Below the pieces are notes generated by a model. That model had not been told where the DNA came from and searched no databases. It was given only the letters and a program-made list of their open reading frames with translations. DNA of 64,000 nt, from contig OZ024741.1 of assembly GCA_964016885.1 (NCBI GenBank), positions 11,718,001 to 11,782,000 on the forward strand, written 5' to 3'. Of this stretch, positions 28,101-42,900 are shown in pieces. The position numbers were made by a program, and so were the translations under genes. Position 1 is the first letter of the stretch. The number at the start of each line of letters is the position of its first letter. Source of the stretch: Eledone cirrhosa (Eukaryota).

Positions 28101-29525
28101 CACTGTATGTATGTGTCTGTGTCACTGTATGTATGTGTCTGTGTCACTAAATGTATGTCTGTGTCACTATATGTTTGTGTTTCTGTGTCACTATATGTAT
28201 GAGTCTGTGTCACTATATGTATGTGTCTGTGTCACTATATGTATGTGTCTGTGACACTATATGTATGTCTCTGTGTCACTATATGTATGTGTCTGTGTCA
28301 CTATATGTATGTGTCTGTGTCACTATATATATGTGTCTGTGTCACTATATGTATGTGTCTGTGTCATTATATGTATGTGTCTGTGTCACTATATGTATGT
28401 GTCTGTGTCACTATATGTATGTGTCTTTGTCACTATATGTATGTGTCTGTGTCACTATATGTATGTGTCTCTGTCACTATATGTTTGTATCTGTGTCACT
28501 ATATGTATGTGTCTGTGTCACTATATGTATGTGTCTGTGTCACTATATGTATGTGTCTTTGTCACTATATGTATGTGTCTGTGCCACTATATGTATGTGT
28601 CTCTGTCACTATATGTTTGTATCTGTGTCACTATATGTATGTGTCTGTGTCACTATATGTATGTGTCTGTGTCACTATATGTATGTGTCTGTGTCACTAT
28701 ATGTATGTGTCTGTGTCACGATATGTATGTGTCTCTGTCACTATATGTATGTGTCTGTGTCACTATATGTATGTGTCTGTGTCACTGTATGTATGTGTCT
28801 GTGTCACTATATGTATGTGTCTGTGTCACTATATGTATGTGTCTGTGTCACTGTAAGTATGTCTCTGTGTCACTATATGTATGTGTCTGTGTCACTATAT
28901 GTATGTGTCTGTGTCACTATATGTATGTGTCTGTGTCACTGCATGTATGTGTCTGTGTCACTGTATGTATGTGTCTCTGTCACTATATGTACGTATGTGT
29001 CTGTGTCACTATATGTATGTGTCTGTGTCACTATATGTATGTGTCTGTGTCACTGTATGTATGTGTCTGTGTCACTGTATGTATGTGTCTCTGTCACTAT
29101 ATGTATGTATGTGTCTGTGTCACTATATGTATGTGTCTGTATCACTGTATGTTTTAGTCTGTGTCACTATATGTATGTGTCTCTGTCACTATATGTATGT
29201 GTCTGTGTCACTGTATGTATGTGTCTGTGTCACTATATGGTTGTGTCTGTGTCACTATATGTACGTGTCTGTGTCACTATATGTATGTGTCTGTGTCACT
29301 ATATGTATGTGTCTGTGTCACTGTATGTATGTCTCTGTGTCACTATATGTATGTGTCTGTGTCACTATATGTTTGTGTCTGTGTCACTATATATATGTGT
29401 CTGTGTCACTATATGTATGTGTCTGTGTCACTGTATGTATGTGTCTGTGTCATTATATGTTTGTGTTTGTGTCACTATATGTATGTGTCTGTGTCACTAT
29501 ATGTATGTGTCTGTGTCACTGTATG
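19160..29525 (+). repeat. Tandem duplication of a 5172-bp block (about 235 monomers), 2 copies
   Basis: Offset 5172 for CACGAT (G at 19660/24832), TAA 20627/25799 and 22978/28150, TAG 21432/26604, and the private variants GTCGCT, CACAGT, GTTTCAC and GTGTGTGTG. The offset becomes 5194 after about 23.5 kb (stops 23662/28856), i.e. one extra monomer. Confidence 0.92.
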
Positions 29526-30349
29526 TATGTGTCTGTGTCACTATTTGTATGTGTCTGTGTCACTATATGTATGTGTCTGTGTCACTGTATGTATGTGCCT
29601 GTGTCACTGTATGTATGTGTCTGTGTCACTATAGTATGTGTCTGTGTCACTATATGTATGTGTCTGTCACTATATGTATGTGTCTGTGTCACTGTATATA
29701 TGTGTCTGTGTCACTATATTTATGTGTCTGTGTCACTGTATGTATGTGTCTGTGTCACTGTATGTATGTGTCTGTGTCACTATATGTATGTGTCTGTGTC
29801 ACTATATGTATGTCTGTGTCACTATATGTTTGTGTGTCTGTGTCACTATATGTATGTGTCTGTGTTACTATATATATGTCTCTGTGTCACTGTATGTATG
29901 TGTCTGTGTCACTGTATGTATGTGTCTGTGTCAATATATGTATGTGTCTGTGTTACTATATATGTCTCTGTGTCACTGTATGTATGTGTCTGTGTCACTG
30001 TATGTATGTGTCTGTGTCACTATATGTATGTGTCTGTGTCACTATATGTATGTGTCTGTGTCACTGTATGTATGTGTCTGTGTCACTATATGTATGTCTG
30101 TGTCACTATATGTTTGTGTGTCTGTGTCACTATATGTATGTGTCTGTGTCACTATATGTATGTGTCTGTCACTATATGTATGTGTCTGTGTCACTGTATA
30201 TATGTGTCTGTGTCACTATATTTATGTGTCTGTGTCACTGTATGTATGTGTCTGTGTCACTGTATGTATGTGTCTGTGTCACTATATGTATGTGTCTGTG
30301 TCACTATATGTATGTCTGTGTCACTATATGTTTGTGTGTCTGTGTCACT

Positions 30350-33300
30350 ATATGTATGTGTCTGTGTTACTACATATATGTCTCTGTGTCACTGTATGTA
30401 TGTGTCTGTGTCACTATATGTATGTGTCTGTGTCACTATATGTATGTCTGTGTCACTATATGTTTGTGTGTCTGTGTCACTATATGTATGTGTCTGTGTT
30501 ACTACATATATGTCTCTGTGTCACTATATGTATGTGTCTGTGTCACTGTATATATGTGTCTGTGTCATTATATTTATGTGTCTGTGTCACTGTATGTATG
30601 TGTCTGTGTCACTGTATGTATGTGTCTGTGTCACTAAATGTATGTCTGTGTCACTATATGTTTGTGTGTCTGTGTCACTATATGTATGAGTCTGTGTCAC
30701 TATATGTATGTGTCTGTGTCACTATATGTATGTGTCTGTGACACTATATGTATGTCTCTGTGTCACTATATGTATGTGTCTGTGTCACTATATGTATGTG
30801 TCTGTGTCACTATATATATGTGTCTGTGTCACTATATGTATGTGTCTGTGTCATTATATGTATGTGTCTGTGTCACTATATGTATGTGTCTGTGTCACTA
30901 TATGTATGTGTCTTTGTCACTATATGTATGTGTCTGTGTCACTATATGTATGTGTCTCTGTCACTATATGTTTGTATCTGTGTCACTATATGTATGTGTC
31001 TGTGTCACTATATGTATGTGTCTGTGTCACTATATGTATGTGTCTTTGTCACTATATGTATGTGTCTGTGCCACTATATGTATGTGTCTCTGTCACTATA
31101 TGTTTGTATCTGTGTCACTATATGTATGTGTCTGTGTCACTATATGTATGTGTCTGTGTCACTATATGTATGTGTCTGTGTCACTATATGTATGTGTCTG
31201 TGTCACGATATGTATGTGTCTCTGTCACTATATGTATGTGTCTGTGTCACTATATGTATGTGTCTGTGTCACTGTATGTATGTGTCTGTGTCACTATATG
31301 TATGTGTCTGTGTCACTATATGTATGTGTCTGTGTCACTGTAAGTATGTCTCTGTGTCACTATATGTATGTGTCTGTGTCACTATATGTATGTGTCTGTG
31401 TCACTATATGTATGTGTCTGTGTCACTGCATGTATGTGTCTGTGTCACTGTATGTATGTGTCTCTGTCACTATATGTACGTATGTGTCTGTGTCACTATA
31501 TGTATGTGTCTGTATCACTGTATGTTTGTGTCTGTGTCACTATATGTATGTGTCTCTGTCACTATATGTATGTGTCTGTGTCACTGTATGTATGTGTCTG
31601 TGTCACTATATGGTTGTGTCTGTGTCACTATATGTACGTGTCTGTGTCACTATATGTATGTGTCTGTGTCACTATATGTATGTGTCTGTGTCACTGTATG
31701 TATGTCTCTGTGTCACTATATGTATGTGTCTGTGTCACTATATGTTTGTGTCTGTGTCACTATATATATGTGTCTGTGTCACTAAATGTATGTGTCTGTG
31801 TCACTGTATGTATGTGTCTGTGTCATTATATGTTTGTGTTTGTGTCACTATATGTATGTGTCTGTGTCACTATATGTATGTGTCTGTGTCACTGTATGTA
31901 TGTGTCTGTGTCACTATATGTTTGTGTCTGTGTCACTATATGTATGTGTCTGTGTCACTATATGTATGTGTCTGTGTCACTGTATGTATGTGTCTGTGTC
32001 ACTATATGTATGTGTCTGTGTCACTATATGTATGTGTCTGTGTCACTATATGTATGTGTCTGTGTCACTGTATGTATGTGTCTGTGTCACTATATGTATG
32101 TGTCTGTGTCACTATATGTATGTGTCTGTGTCACTGTATGTATGTGCCTGTGTCACTGTATCTATGTGTCTGTGTCACTATATGTATGTGTCTGTGTCAC
32201 TATATGTATGTGTCTGTCACTATATGTATGTGTCTGTGTCACTGTATATATGTGTCTGTGTCACTATATTTATGTGTCTGTGTCACTATATGTATGTGTC
32301 TGTGTCACTATATGTATGTCTGCGTCACTATATGTTTGTGTGTCTGTGTCACTATATGTATGTGTCTGTGTTACTATATATATGTCTCTGTGTCACTGTA
32401 TGTATGTGTCTGTGTCACTGTATGTATGTGTCTGTGTCACTATATGTATGTGTCTGTGTCACTATATGTATGTGTCTGTGTCACTGTATGTATGTGTCTG
32501 TGTCACTATATGTATGTCTGTGTCACTATATGTTTGTGTGTCTGTGTCACTATATGTATGTGTCTGTGTCACTATATATATGTCTCTGTGTCACTGTATG
32601 TATGTGTCTGTGTCACTGTATGTATGTGTCTGTGTCACTATATGTATGTGTCTGTGTCACTATATGTATGTCTCTGTGTCACTGTATGTATGTGTCTGTG
32701 TCACTATATGTATGTGTCTGTGTCACTATATGTATGTGTCTGTGTCACTATATGTATGTCTCTGTGTCACTATATGTATGTCTCTGTGTCACTGTATGTA
32801 TGTGTCTGTGTCACTATATGTATGTGTCTGTGTCACTGTATGTATGTCTCTGTGTCACTATATGTATGTGTCTGTGTCACTATATGTATGTGTCTGTGTC
32901 ACTATATGTATGTCTCTGTGTCACTATATGTATGTCTCTGTGTCACTGTATGTATGTGTCTGTGTCACTATATGTATGTGTCTGTGTCACTGTATGTATG
33001 TCTCTGTGTCACTATATGTATGTGTCTGTGTCACTGTATGTATGTGTCTGTGTCATTATATGTATGTGTCTGTGTCACTATATGTATCTGTCTGTGTCAC
33101 TACATGTATGTGTCTGTGTCACTATATGTATGTGTCTGTATCACTGTATGTATGTGTCTGTGTCACTATATGTATGTCTCTGTCTCACTATATGTATGTG
33201 TCTCTGTCACTATATGTATGTGTCTGTGTCACTATATGTATGAGTCTGTGTCACTATATGTATGTGTCTGTGTCACTGTATGTATGTGTCTGTGTCACTA

Positions 33301-36300
33301 TATGTATGTGTCTGTGTCACTATATGTATGTGTCTGTGTCACTATATGTATGTGTCTGTGTCACTATATGTATGTCTCTGTGTCACTATATGTATGTGTC
33401 TGTGTCACTATATGTATGTGTCTGTGTCACTGTATATATGTGTCTGTGTCATTATATTTATGTGTCTGTGTCACTGTATGTATGTGTCTGTGTCACTGTA
33501 TGTATGTGTCTGTGTCACTAAATGTATGTATGTGTCACTATATGTTTGTGTGTCTGTGTCACTATATGTATGTGTCTGTGTCACTATATGTATGTGTCTG
33601 TGTCACTATATGTATGTGTCTGTGACACTATATGTATGTCTCTGTGTCACTATATGTATGTGTCTGTGTCACTATATGTATGTGTCTGTGTCACTATATA
33701 TATGTGTCTGTGTCACTATATGTATGTGTCTCTGTCACTATATGTATGTGTCTGTGTCACTATATGTATGTGTCTGTGTCATTATATGTATGTGTCTGTG
33801 TCACTATATGTATGTGTCTGTGTCACTATATGTATGTGTCTTTGTCACTATATGTATGTGTCTGTGTCACTATATGTATGTCTCTGCCACTATATGTATG
33901 TGTCTGTGTCACTATATGTATGTGTCTCTGTCACTATATGTATGTGTCTGTGTCACTATATGTATGTGTCTGTGTCACTATATGTTTGTGTCTGTGTCAC
34001 TATATGTATGTGTCTGTGTCACTATATGTATGTGTCTGTGTCACTGTATGTATGTGTCTGTGTCACTATATGTATGTGTCTGTGTCACTATATGTATGTG
34101 TCTGTGTCACTATATGTATGTGTCTGTGTCACTGTATGTATGTGTCTGTGTCACTATATGTATGTGTCTGTGTCACTATATGTATGTGTCTGTGTCACTG
34201 TATGTATGTGCCTGTGTCACTGTATGTATGTGTCTGTGTCACTATATGTATGTGTCTGTGTCACTATATGTATGTGTCTGTCACTATATGTATGTGTCTG
34301 TGTCACTGTATATGTGTGTCTGTGTCACTATATTTATGTGTCTGTGTCACTGTATGTATGTGTCTGTGTCACTGTATGTATGTGTCTGTGTCACTATATG
34401 TATGTGACTGTGTCACTATATGTATGTCTGTGTCACTATATGTTTGTGTGTCTGTGTCACTATATGTATGTGTCTGTGTTACTATATATATGTCTCTGTG
34501 TCACTGTATGTATGTGTCTGTGTCACTGTATGTATGTGTCTGTGTCACTATATGTATGTGTCTGTGTTACTATATATATGTCTCTGTGTCACTGTATGTA
34601 TGTGTCTGTGTCACTGTATGTATGTGTCTGTGTCACTATATGTATGTGTCTGTGTCACTATATGTATGTGTCTGTGTCACTGTATGTATGTGTCTGTGTC
34701 ACAATATGTATGGCTGTGTCACTATATGTTTGTGTGTCTGTGTCACTATATGTATGTGTCTGTGTCACTATATATATGTCTCTGTGTCACTGTATGTATG
34801 TGTCTGTGTCACTGTATGTATGTGTCTGTGTCACTATATGTATGTGTCTGTGTCACTATATGTATGTCTCTGTGTCACTGTATGTATGTGTCTGTGTCAC
34901 TATATGTATGTGTCTGTGTCACTATATGTATGTGTCTGTGTCACTATATGTATGTCTCTGTGTCACTATATGTATGTCTCTGTGTCACTGTATGTATGTG
35001 TCTGTGTCACTATATGTATGTGTCTGTGTCACTGTATGTATGTCTCTGTGTCACTATATGTATGTGTCTGTGTCACTATATGTATGTGTCTGTGTCACTA
35101 TATGTATGTCTCTGTGTCACTATATGTATGTCTCTGTGTCACTGTATGTATGTGTCTGTGTCACTATATGTATGTGTCTGTGTCACTGTATGTATGTCTG
35201 TGTCACTATATGTTTGTGTGTCTGTGTCACTATATGTATGTGTCTGTGTTACTACATATATGTCTCTGTGTCACTGTATGTATGTGTCTGTGTCACTATA
35301 TGTATGTGTCTGTGTCACTGTATATATGTGTCTGTGTCATTATATTTATGTGTCTGTGTCACTGTATGTATGTGTCTGTGTCACTGTATGTATGTGTCTG
35401 TGTCACTAAATGTATGTCTGTGTCACTATATGTTTGTGTGTCTGTGTCACTATATGTATGAGTCTGTGTCACTATATGTATGTGTCTGTGTCACTATATG
35501 TATGTGTCTGTGACACTATATGTATGTCTCTGTGTCACTATATGTATGTGTCTGTGTCACTATATGTATGTGTCTGTGTCACTATATATATGTGTCTGTG
35601 TCACTATATGTATGTGTCTGTGTCATTATATGTATGTGTCTGTGTCACTATATGTATGTGTCTGTGTCACTATATGTATGTGTCTTTGTCACTATATGTA
35701 TGTGTCTGTGTCACTATATGTATGTGTCTCTGTCACTATATGTATGTGTCTCTGTCACTATATGTTTGTATCTGTGTCACTATATGTATGTGTCTGTGTC
35801 ACTATATGTATGTGTCTGTGTCACTATATGTATGTGTCTGTGTCACTATATGTATGTGTCTGTGTCACGATATGTATGTGTCTCTGTCACTATATGTATG
35901 TGTCTGTGTCACTATATGTATGTGTCTGTGTCACTGTATGTATGTGTCTGTGTCACTATATGTATGTGTCTGTGTCACTATATGTATGTGTCTGTGTCAC
36001 TGTAAGTATGTCTCTGTGTCACTATATGTATGTGTCTGTGTCACTATATGTATGTGTCTGTGTCACTATATGTATGTGTCTGTGTCACTGCATGTATGTG
36101 TCTGTGTCACTGTATGTATGTGTCTCTGTCACTATATGTACGTATGTGTCTGTGTCACTATATGTATGTGTCTGTATCACTGTATGTTTGTGTCTGTGTC
36201 ACTATATGTATGTGTCTCTGTCACTATATGTATGTGTCTGTGTCACTGTATGTATGTGTCTGTGTCACTATATGGTTGTGTCTGTGTCACTATATGTACG

Positions 36301-39300
36301 TGTCTGTGTCACTATATGTATGTGTCTGTGTCACTATATGTATGTGTCTGTGTCACTGTATGTATGTCTCTGTGTCACTATATGTATGTGTCTGTGTCAC
36401 TATATGTTTGTGTCTGTGTCACTATATATATGTGTCTGTGTCACTAAATGTATGTGTCTGTGTCACTATATGTATGTGTCTGTGTCACTATATGTATGTG
36501 TCTGTGTCACTGTATGTATGTGTCTGTGTCACTGTATGTATGTGTCTGTGTCACTATATGTTTGTGTCTGTGTCACTATATGTATGTGTCTGTGTCACTA
36601 TATGTATGTGTCTGTGTCACTGTATGTATGTGTCTGTGTCACTATATGTATGTGTCTGTGTCACTATATGTATGTGTCTGTGTCACTATATGTATGTGTC
36701 TGTGTCACTGTATGTATGTGTCTGTGTCACTATATGTATGTGTCTGTGTCACTATATGTATGTGTCTGTGTCACTGTATGTATGTGCCTGTGTCACTGTA
36801 TGTATGTGTCTGTGTCACTATATGTATGTGTCTGTGTCACTATATGTATGTGTCTGTCACTATATGTATGTGTCTGTGTCACTGTATATATGTGTCTGTG
36901 TCACTATATTTATGTGTCTGTGTCACTGTATGTATGTGTCTGTGTCACTGTATGTATGTGTCTGTGTCACTATATGTATGTGTCTGTGTCACTATATGTA
37001 TGTCTGCGTCACTATATGTTTGTGTGTCTGTGTCACTATATGTATGTGTCTGTGTTACTATATATATGTCTCTGTGTCACTGTATGTATGTGTCTGTGTC
37101 ACTGTATGTATGTGTCTGTGTCACTATATGTATGTGTCTGTGTTACTATATATATGTCTCTGTGTCACTGTATGTATGTGTCTGTGTCACTGTATGTATG
37201 TGTCTGTGTCACTATATGTATGTGTCTGTGTCACTATATGTATGTGTCTGTGTCACTGTATGTATGTGTCTGTGTCACTATATGTATGTCTGTGTCACTA
37301 TATGTTTGTGTGTCTGTGTCACTATATGTATGTGTCTGTGTCACTATATATATGTCTCTGTGTCACTGTATGTATGTGTCTGTGTCACTGTATGTATGTG
37401 TCTGTGTCACTATATGTATGTGTCTGTGTCACTATATGTATGTCTCTGTGTCACTGTATGTATGTGTCTGTGTCACTATATGTATGTGTCTGTGTCACTA
37501 TATGTATGTGTCTGTGTCACTATATGTATGTCTCTGTGTCACTATATGTATGTCTCTGTGTCACTGTATGTATGTGTCTGTGTCACTATATGTATGTGTC
37601 TGTGTCACTGTATGTATGTCTCTGTGTCACTATATGTATGTGTCTGTGTCACTATATGTATGTGTCTGTGTCACTATATGTATGTCTCTGTGTCTCTATA
37701 TGTATGTCTCTGTGTCACTGTATGTATGTGTCTGTGTCACTATATGTATGTGTCTGTGTCACTGTATGTATGTCTGTGTCACTATATGTATGTGTCTGTG
37801 TCACTGTATGTATGTGTCTGTGTCATTATATGTATGTGTCTGTGTCACTATATGTATCTGTCTGTGTCACTACATGTATGTGTCTGTGTCACTATATGTA
37901 TGTGTCTGTATCACTGTATGTATGTGTCTGTGTCACTATATGTATGTCTCTGTGTCACTATATGTATGTGTCTCTGTCACTATATGTATGTGTCTGTGTC
38001 ACTATATGTATGAGTCTGTGTCACTATATGTATGTGTCTGTGTCACTGTATGTATGTGTCTGTGTCACTATATGTATGTGTCTGTGTCACTATATGTATG
38101 TGTCTGTGTACTATATGTATGTGTCTGTGTCACTATATGTATGTCTCTGTGTCACTATATGTATGTGTCTGTGTCACTATATGTATGTGTCTGTGTCACT
38201 GTATATATGTGTCTGTGTCATTATATTTATGTGTCTGTGTCACTGTATGTATGTGTCTGTGTCACTGTATGTATGTGTCTGTGTCACTAAATGTATGTCT
38301 GTGTCACTATATGTTTGTGTGTCTGTGTCACTATATGTATGTGTCTGTGTCACTATATGTATGTGTCTGTGTCACTATATGTATGTGTCTGTGACACTAT
38401 ATGTATGTCTCTGTGTCACTATATGTATGTGTCTGTGTCTGTGTCACTATATGTATGTGTCTGTGTCACTATATATATGTGTCTGTGTCACTATATGTAT
38501 GTGTCTCTGTCACTATATGTATGTGTCTGTGTCACTATATGTATGTGTCTGTGTCATTATATGTATGTGTCTGTGTCACTATATGTATGTGTCTGTGTCA
38601 CTATATGTATGTGTCTTTGTCACTATATGTATGTGTCTGTGTCACTATATGTATGTCTCTGCCACTATATGTATGTGTCTGTGTCACTATATGTATGTGT
38701 CTCTGTCACTATATGTATGTGTCTGTGTCACTATATGTATGTGTCTGTGTCACTATATGTTTGTGTCTGTGTCACTATATGTATGTGTCTGTGTCACTAT
38801 ATGTATGTGTCTGTGTCACTGTATGTATGTGTCTGTGTCACTATATGTATGTGTCTGTGTCACTATATGTATGTGTCTGTGTCACTATATGTATGTGTCT
38901 GTGTCACTGTATGTATGTGTCTGTGTCACTATATGTATGTGTCTGTGTCACTATATGTATGTGTCTGTGTCACTGTATGTATGTGCCTGTGTCACTGTAT
39001 GTATGTGTCTGTGTCACTATATGTATGTGTCTGTGTCACTATATGTATGTGTCTGTCACTATATGTATGTGTCTGTGTCACTGTATATGTGTGTCTGTGT
39101 CACTATATTTATGTGTCTGTGTCACTGTATGTATGTGTCTGTGTCACTGTATGTATGTGTCTGTGTCACTATATGTATGTGTCTGTGTCACTATATGTAT
39201 GTCTGTGTCACTATATGTTTGTGTGTCTGTGTCACTATATGTATGTGTCTGTGTTACTATATATATGTCTCTGTGTCACTGTATGTATGTGTCTGTGTCA

Positions 39301-39960
39301 CTGTATGTATGTGTCTGTGTCACTATATGTATGTGTCTGTGTTACTATATATATGTCTCTGTGTCACTGTATGTATGTGTCTGTGTCACTGTATGTATGT
39401 GTCTGTGTCACTATATGTATGTGTCTGTGTCACTATATGTATGTGTCTGTGTCACTGTATGTATGTGTCTGTGTCACTATATGTATGGCTGTGTCACTAT
39501 ATGTTTGTGTGTCTGTGTCACTATATGTATGTGTCTGTGTCACTATATATATGTCTCTGTGTCACTGTATGTATGTGTCTGTGTCACTGTATGTATGTGT
39601 CTGTGTCACTATATGTATGTGTCTGTGTCACTATATGTATGTCTCTGTGTCACTGTATGTATGTGTCTGTGTCACTATATGTATGTGTCTGTGTCACTAT
39701 ATGTATGTGTCTGTGTCACTATATGTATGTCTCTGTGTCACTATATGTATGTCTCTGTGTCACTGTATGTATGTGTCTGTGTCACTATATGTATGTGTCT
39801 GTGTCACTGTATGTATGTCTCTGTGTCACTATATGTATGTGTCTGTGTCACTATATGTATGTGTCTGTGTCACTATATGTATGTCTCTGTGTCACTATAT
39901 GTATGTCTCTGTGTCACTGTATGTATGTGTCTGTGTCACTATATGTATGTGTCTGTGTCA
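30350..39960 (+). repeat. Imperfect tandem duplication of about 4.7-4.8 kb, 2 copies
   Basis: TAA 30637/35409 (offset 4772), 31785/36447 (4662) and 33521/38290 (4769). CTCTGCCAC about 33882/38657 and TATGGCT about 34709/39484 (4775). The offsets drift mostly by whole monomers. Confidence 0.8.
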
Positions 39961-42900
39961 CTGTATGTATGTCTCTGTGTCACTATATGTATGTGTCTGT
40001 GTCACTGTATGTATGTGTCTGTGTCATTATATGTATGTGTCTGTGTCACTATATGTATCTGTCTGTGTCACTACATGTATGTGTCTGTGTCACTATATGT
40101 ATGTGTCTGTGTCACTATATGTATGTGTCTGTGTCACTATATGTATGTGTCTGTGTCACTAGATGTATGTGTCTGTGTCACTGTATGTATGTGTCTGTGT
40201 CACTATATGTATGTGTCTGTGTCACTGTATGTATGTGTCTGTGTCACTATATGTATGTGTCTGTGTCACTATATGTATGTGTCTGTGTCACTATATGTAT
40301 GTGTCTGTGTCACTATATGTATGTCTCTGTGTCACTATATGTATGTGTCTGTGTCACTATATGTATGTGTCTGTGTCACTGTATATATGTGTCTGTGTCA
40401 TTATATTTATGTGTCTGTGTCACTGTATGTATGTGTCTGTGTCACTGTATGTATGTGTCTGTGTCACTAAATGTATGTCTGTGTCACTATATGTTTGTGT
40501 GTCTGTGTCACTATATGTATGTGTCTGTGTCACTATATGTATGTGTCTGTGTCACTATATGTATGTGTCTGTGACACTATATGTATGTCTCTGTGTCACT
40601 ATATGTATGTGTCTGTGTCACTATATGTATGTGTCTGTGTCACTATATATATATGTGTCTGTGTCACTATATGTATGTGTCTCTGTCACTATATGTATGT
40701 GTCTGTGTCACTATATGTATGTGTCTGTGTCATTATATGTATGTGTCTGTGTCACTATATGTATGTGTCTGTGTCACTATATGTATGTGTCTTTGTCACT
40801 ATATGTATGTGTCTGTGTCACTATATGTATGTCTCTGTCACTATATGTATGTGTCTGTGTCACTATATGTATGTGTCTCTGTCACTATATGTATGTGTCT
40901 GTGTCACTATATGTATGTGTCTGTGTCACTATATGTTTGTGTCTGTGTCACTATATGTATGTGTCTGTGTCACTATATGTATGTGTCTGTGTCACTGTAT
41001 GTATGTGTCTGTGTCACTATATGTATGTGTCTGTGTCACTATATGTATGTGTCTGTGTCACTATATGTATGTGTCTGTGTCACTGTATGTATGTGTCTGT
41101 GTCACTATATGTATGTGTCTGTGTCACTATATGTATGTGTCTGTGTCACTGTATGTATGTGCCTGTGTCACTGTATGTATGTGTCTGTGTCACTATATGT
41201 ATGTGTCTGTGTCACTATATGTATGTGTCTGTCACTATATGTATGTGTCTGTGTCACTGTATATATGTGTCTGTGTCACTATATTTATGTGTCTGTGTCA
41301 CTGTATGTATGTGTCTGTGTCACTGTATGTATGTGTCTGTGTCACTATATGTATGTGTCTGTGTCACTATATGTATGTCTGTGTCACTATATGTTTGTGT
41401 GTCTGTGTCACTATATGTATGTGTCTGTGTTACTATATATATGTCTCTGTGTCACTGTATGTATGTGTCTGTGTCACTGTATGTATGTGTCTGTGTCACT
41501 ATATGTATGTGTCTGTGTTACTATATATATGTCTCTGTGTCACTGTATGTATGTGTCTGTGTCACTGTATGTATGTGTCTGTGTCACTATATGTATGTGT
41601 CTGTGTCACTATATGTATGTGTCTGTGTCACTGTATGTATGTGTCTGTGTCACTATATGTATGTCTGTGTCACTATATGTTTGTGTGTCTGTGTCACTAT
41701 ATGTATGTGTCTGTGTCACTATATATATGTCTCTGTGTCACTGTATGTATGTGTCTGTGTCACTGTATGTATGTGTCTGTGTCACTATATGTATGTGTCT
41801 GTGTCACTATATGTATGTCTCTGTGTCACTGTATGTATGTGTCTGTGTCACTATATGTATGTGTCTGTGTCACTATATGTATGTGTCTGTGTCACTATAT
41901 GTATGTCTCTGTGTCACTATATGTATGTCTCTGTGTCACTGTATGTATGTGTCTGTGTCACTATATGTATGTGTCTGTGTCACTGTATGTATGTCTCTGT
42001 GTCACTATATGTATGTGTCTGTGTCACTATATGTATGTGTCTGTGTCACTATATGTATGTCTCTGTGTCACTATATGTATGTCTCTGTGTCACTGTATGT
42101 ATGTGTCTGTGTCACTATATGTATGTGTCTGTGTCACTGTATGTATGTCTCTGTGTCACTATATGTATGTGTCTGTGTCACTGTATGTATGTGTCTGTGT
42201 CATTATATGTATGTGTCTGTGTCACTATATGTATCTGTCTGTGTCACTACATGTATGTGTCTGTGTCACTATATGTATGTGTCTGTGTCACTATATGTAT
42301 GTGTCTGTGTCACTATATGTATGTGTCTGTGTCACTATATGTATGTGTCTGTGTCACTATATGTATGTGTCTGTGTCACTATATGTATGTGTCTGTGTCA
42401 CTATATGTATGTGTCTGTGTCACTATATGTATGTGTCTGTATCACTGTATGTATGTGTCTGTGTCACTATATGTATGTCTCTGTGTCACTATATGTATGT
42501 GTCTCTGTCACTATATGTATGTGTCTGTGTCACTATATGTATGTGTCTGTGTCACTATATGTATGTGTCTGTGTCACTGTATGTATGTGTCTGTGTCACT
42601 ATATGTATGTGTCTGTGTCACTATATGTATGTGTCTGTGTCACTATATGTATGTGTCTGTGTCACTATATGTATGTCTCTGTGTCACTATATGTATGTGT
42701 CTGTGTCACTATATGTATGTGTCTGTGTCACTATATATATGTGTCTGTGTCATTATATTTATTTGTCTGTGTCACTGTATGTATGTGTCTGTGACACTGT
42801 ATGTATGTGTCTGTGTCACTAAATGTATGTCTGTGTCACTATATGTTTGTGTGTCTGTGTCACTATATGTATGTGTCTGTGTCACTATATGTATGTGTCT

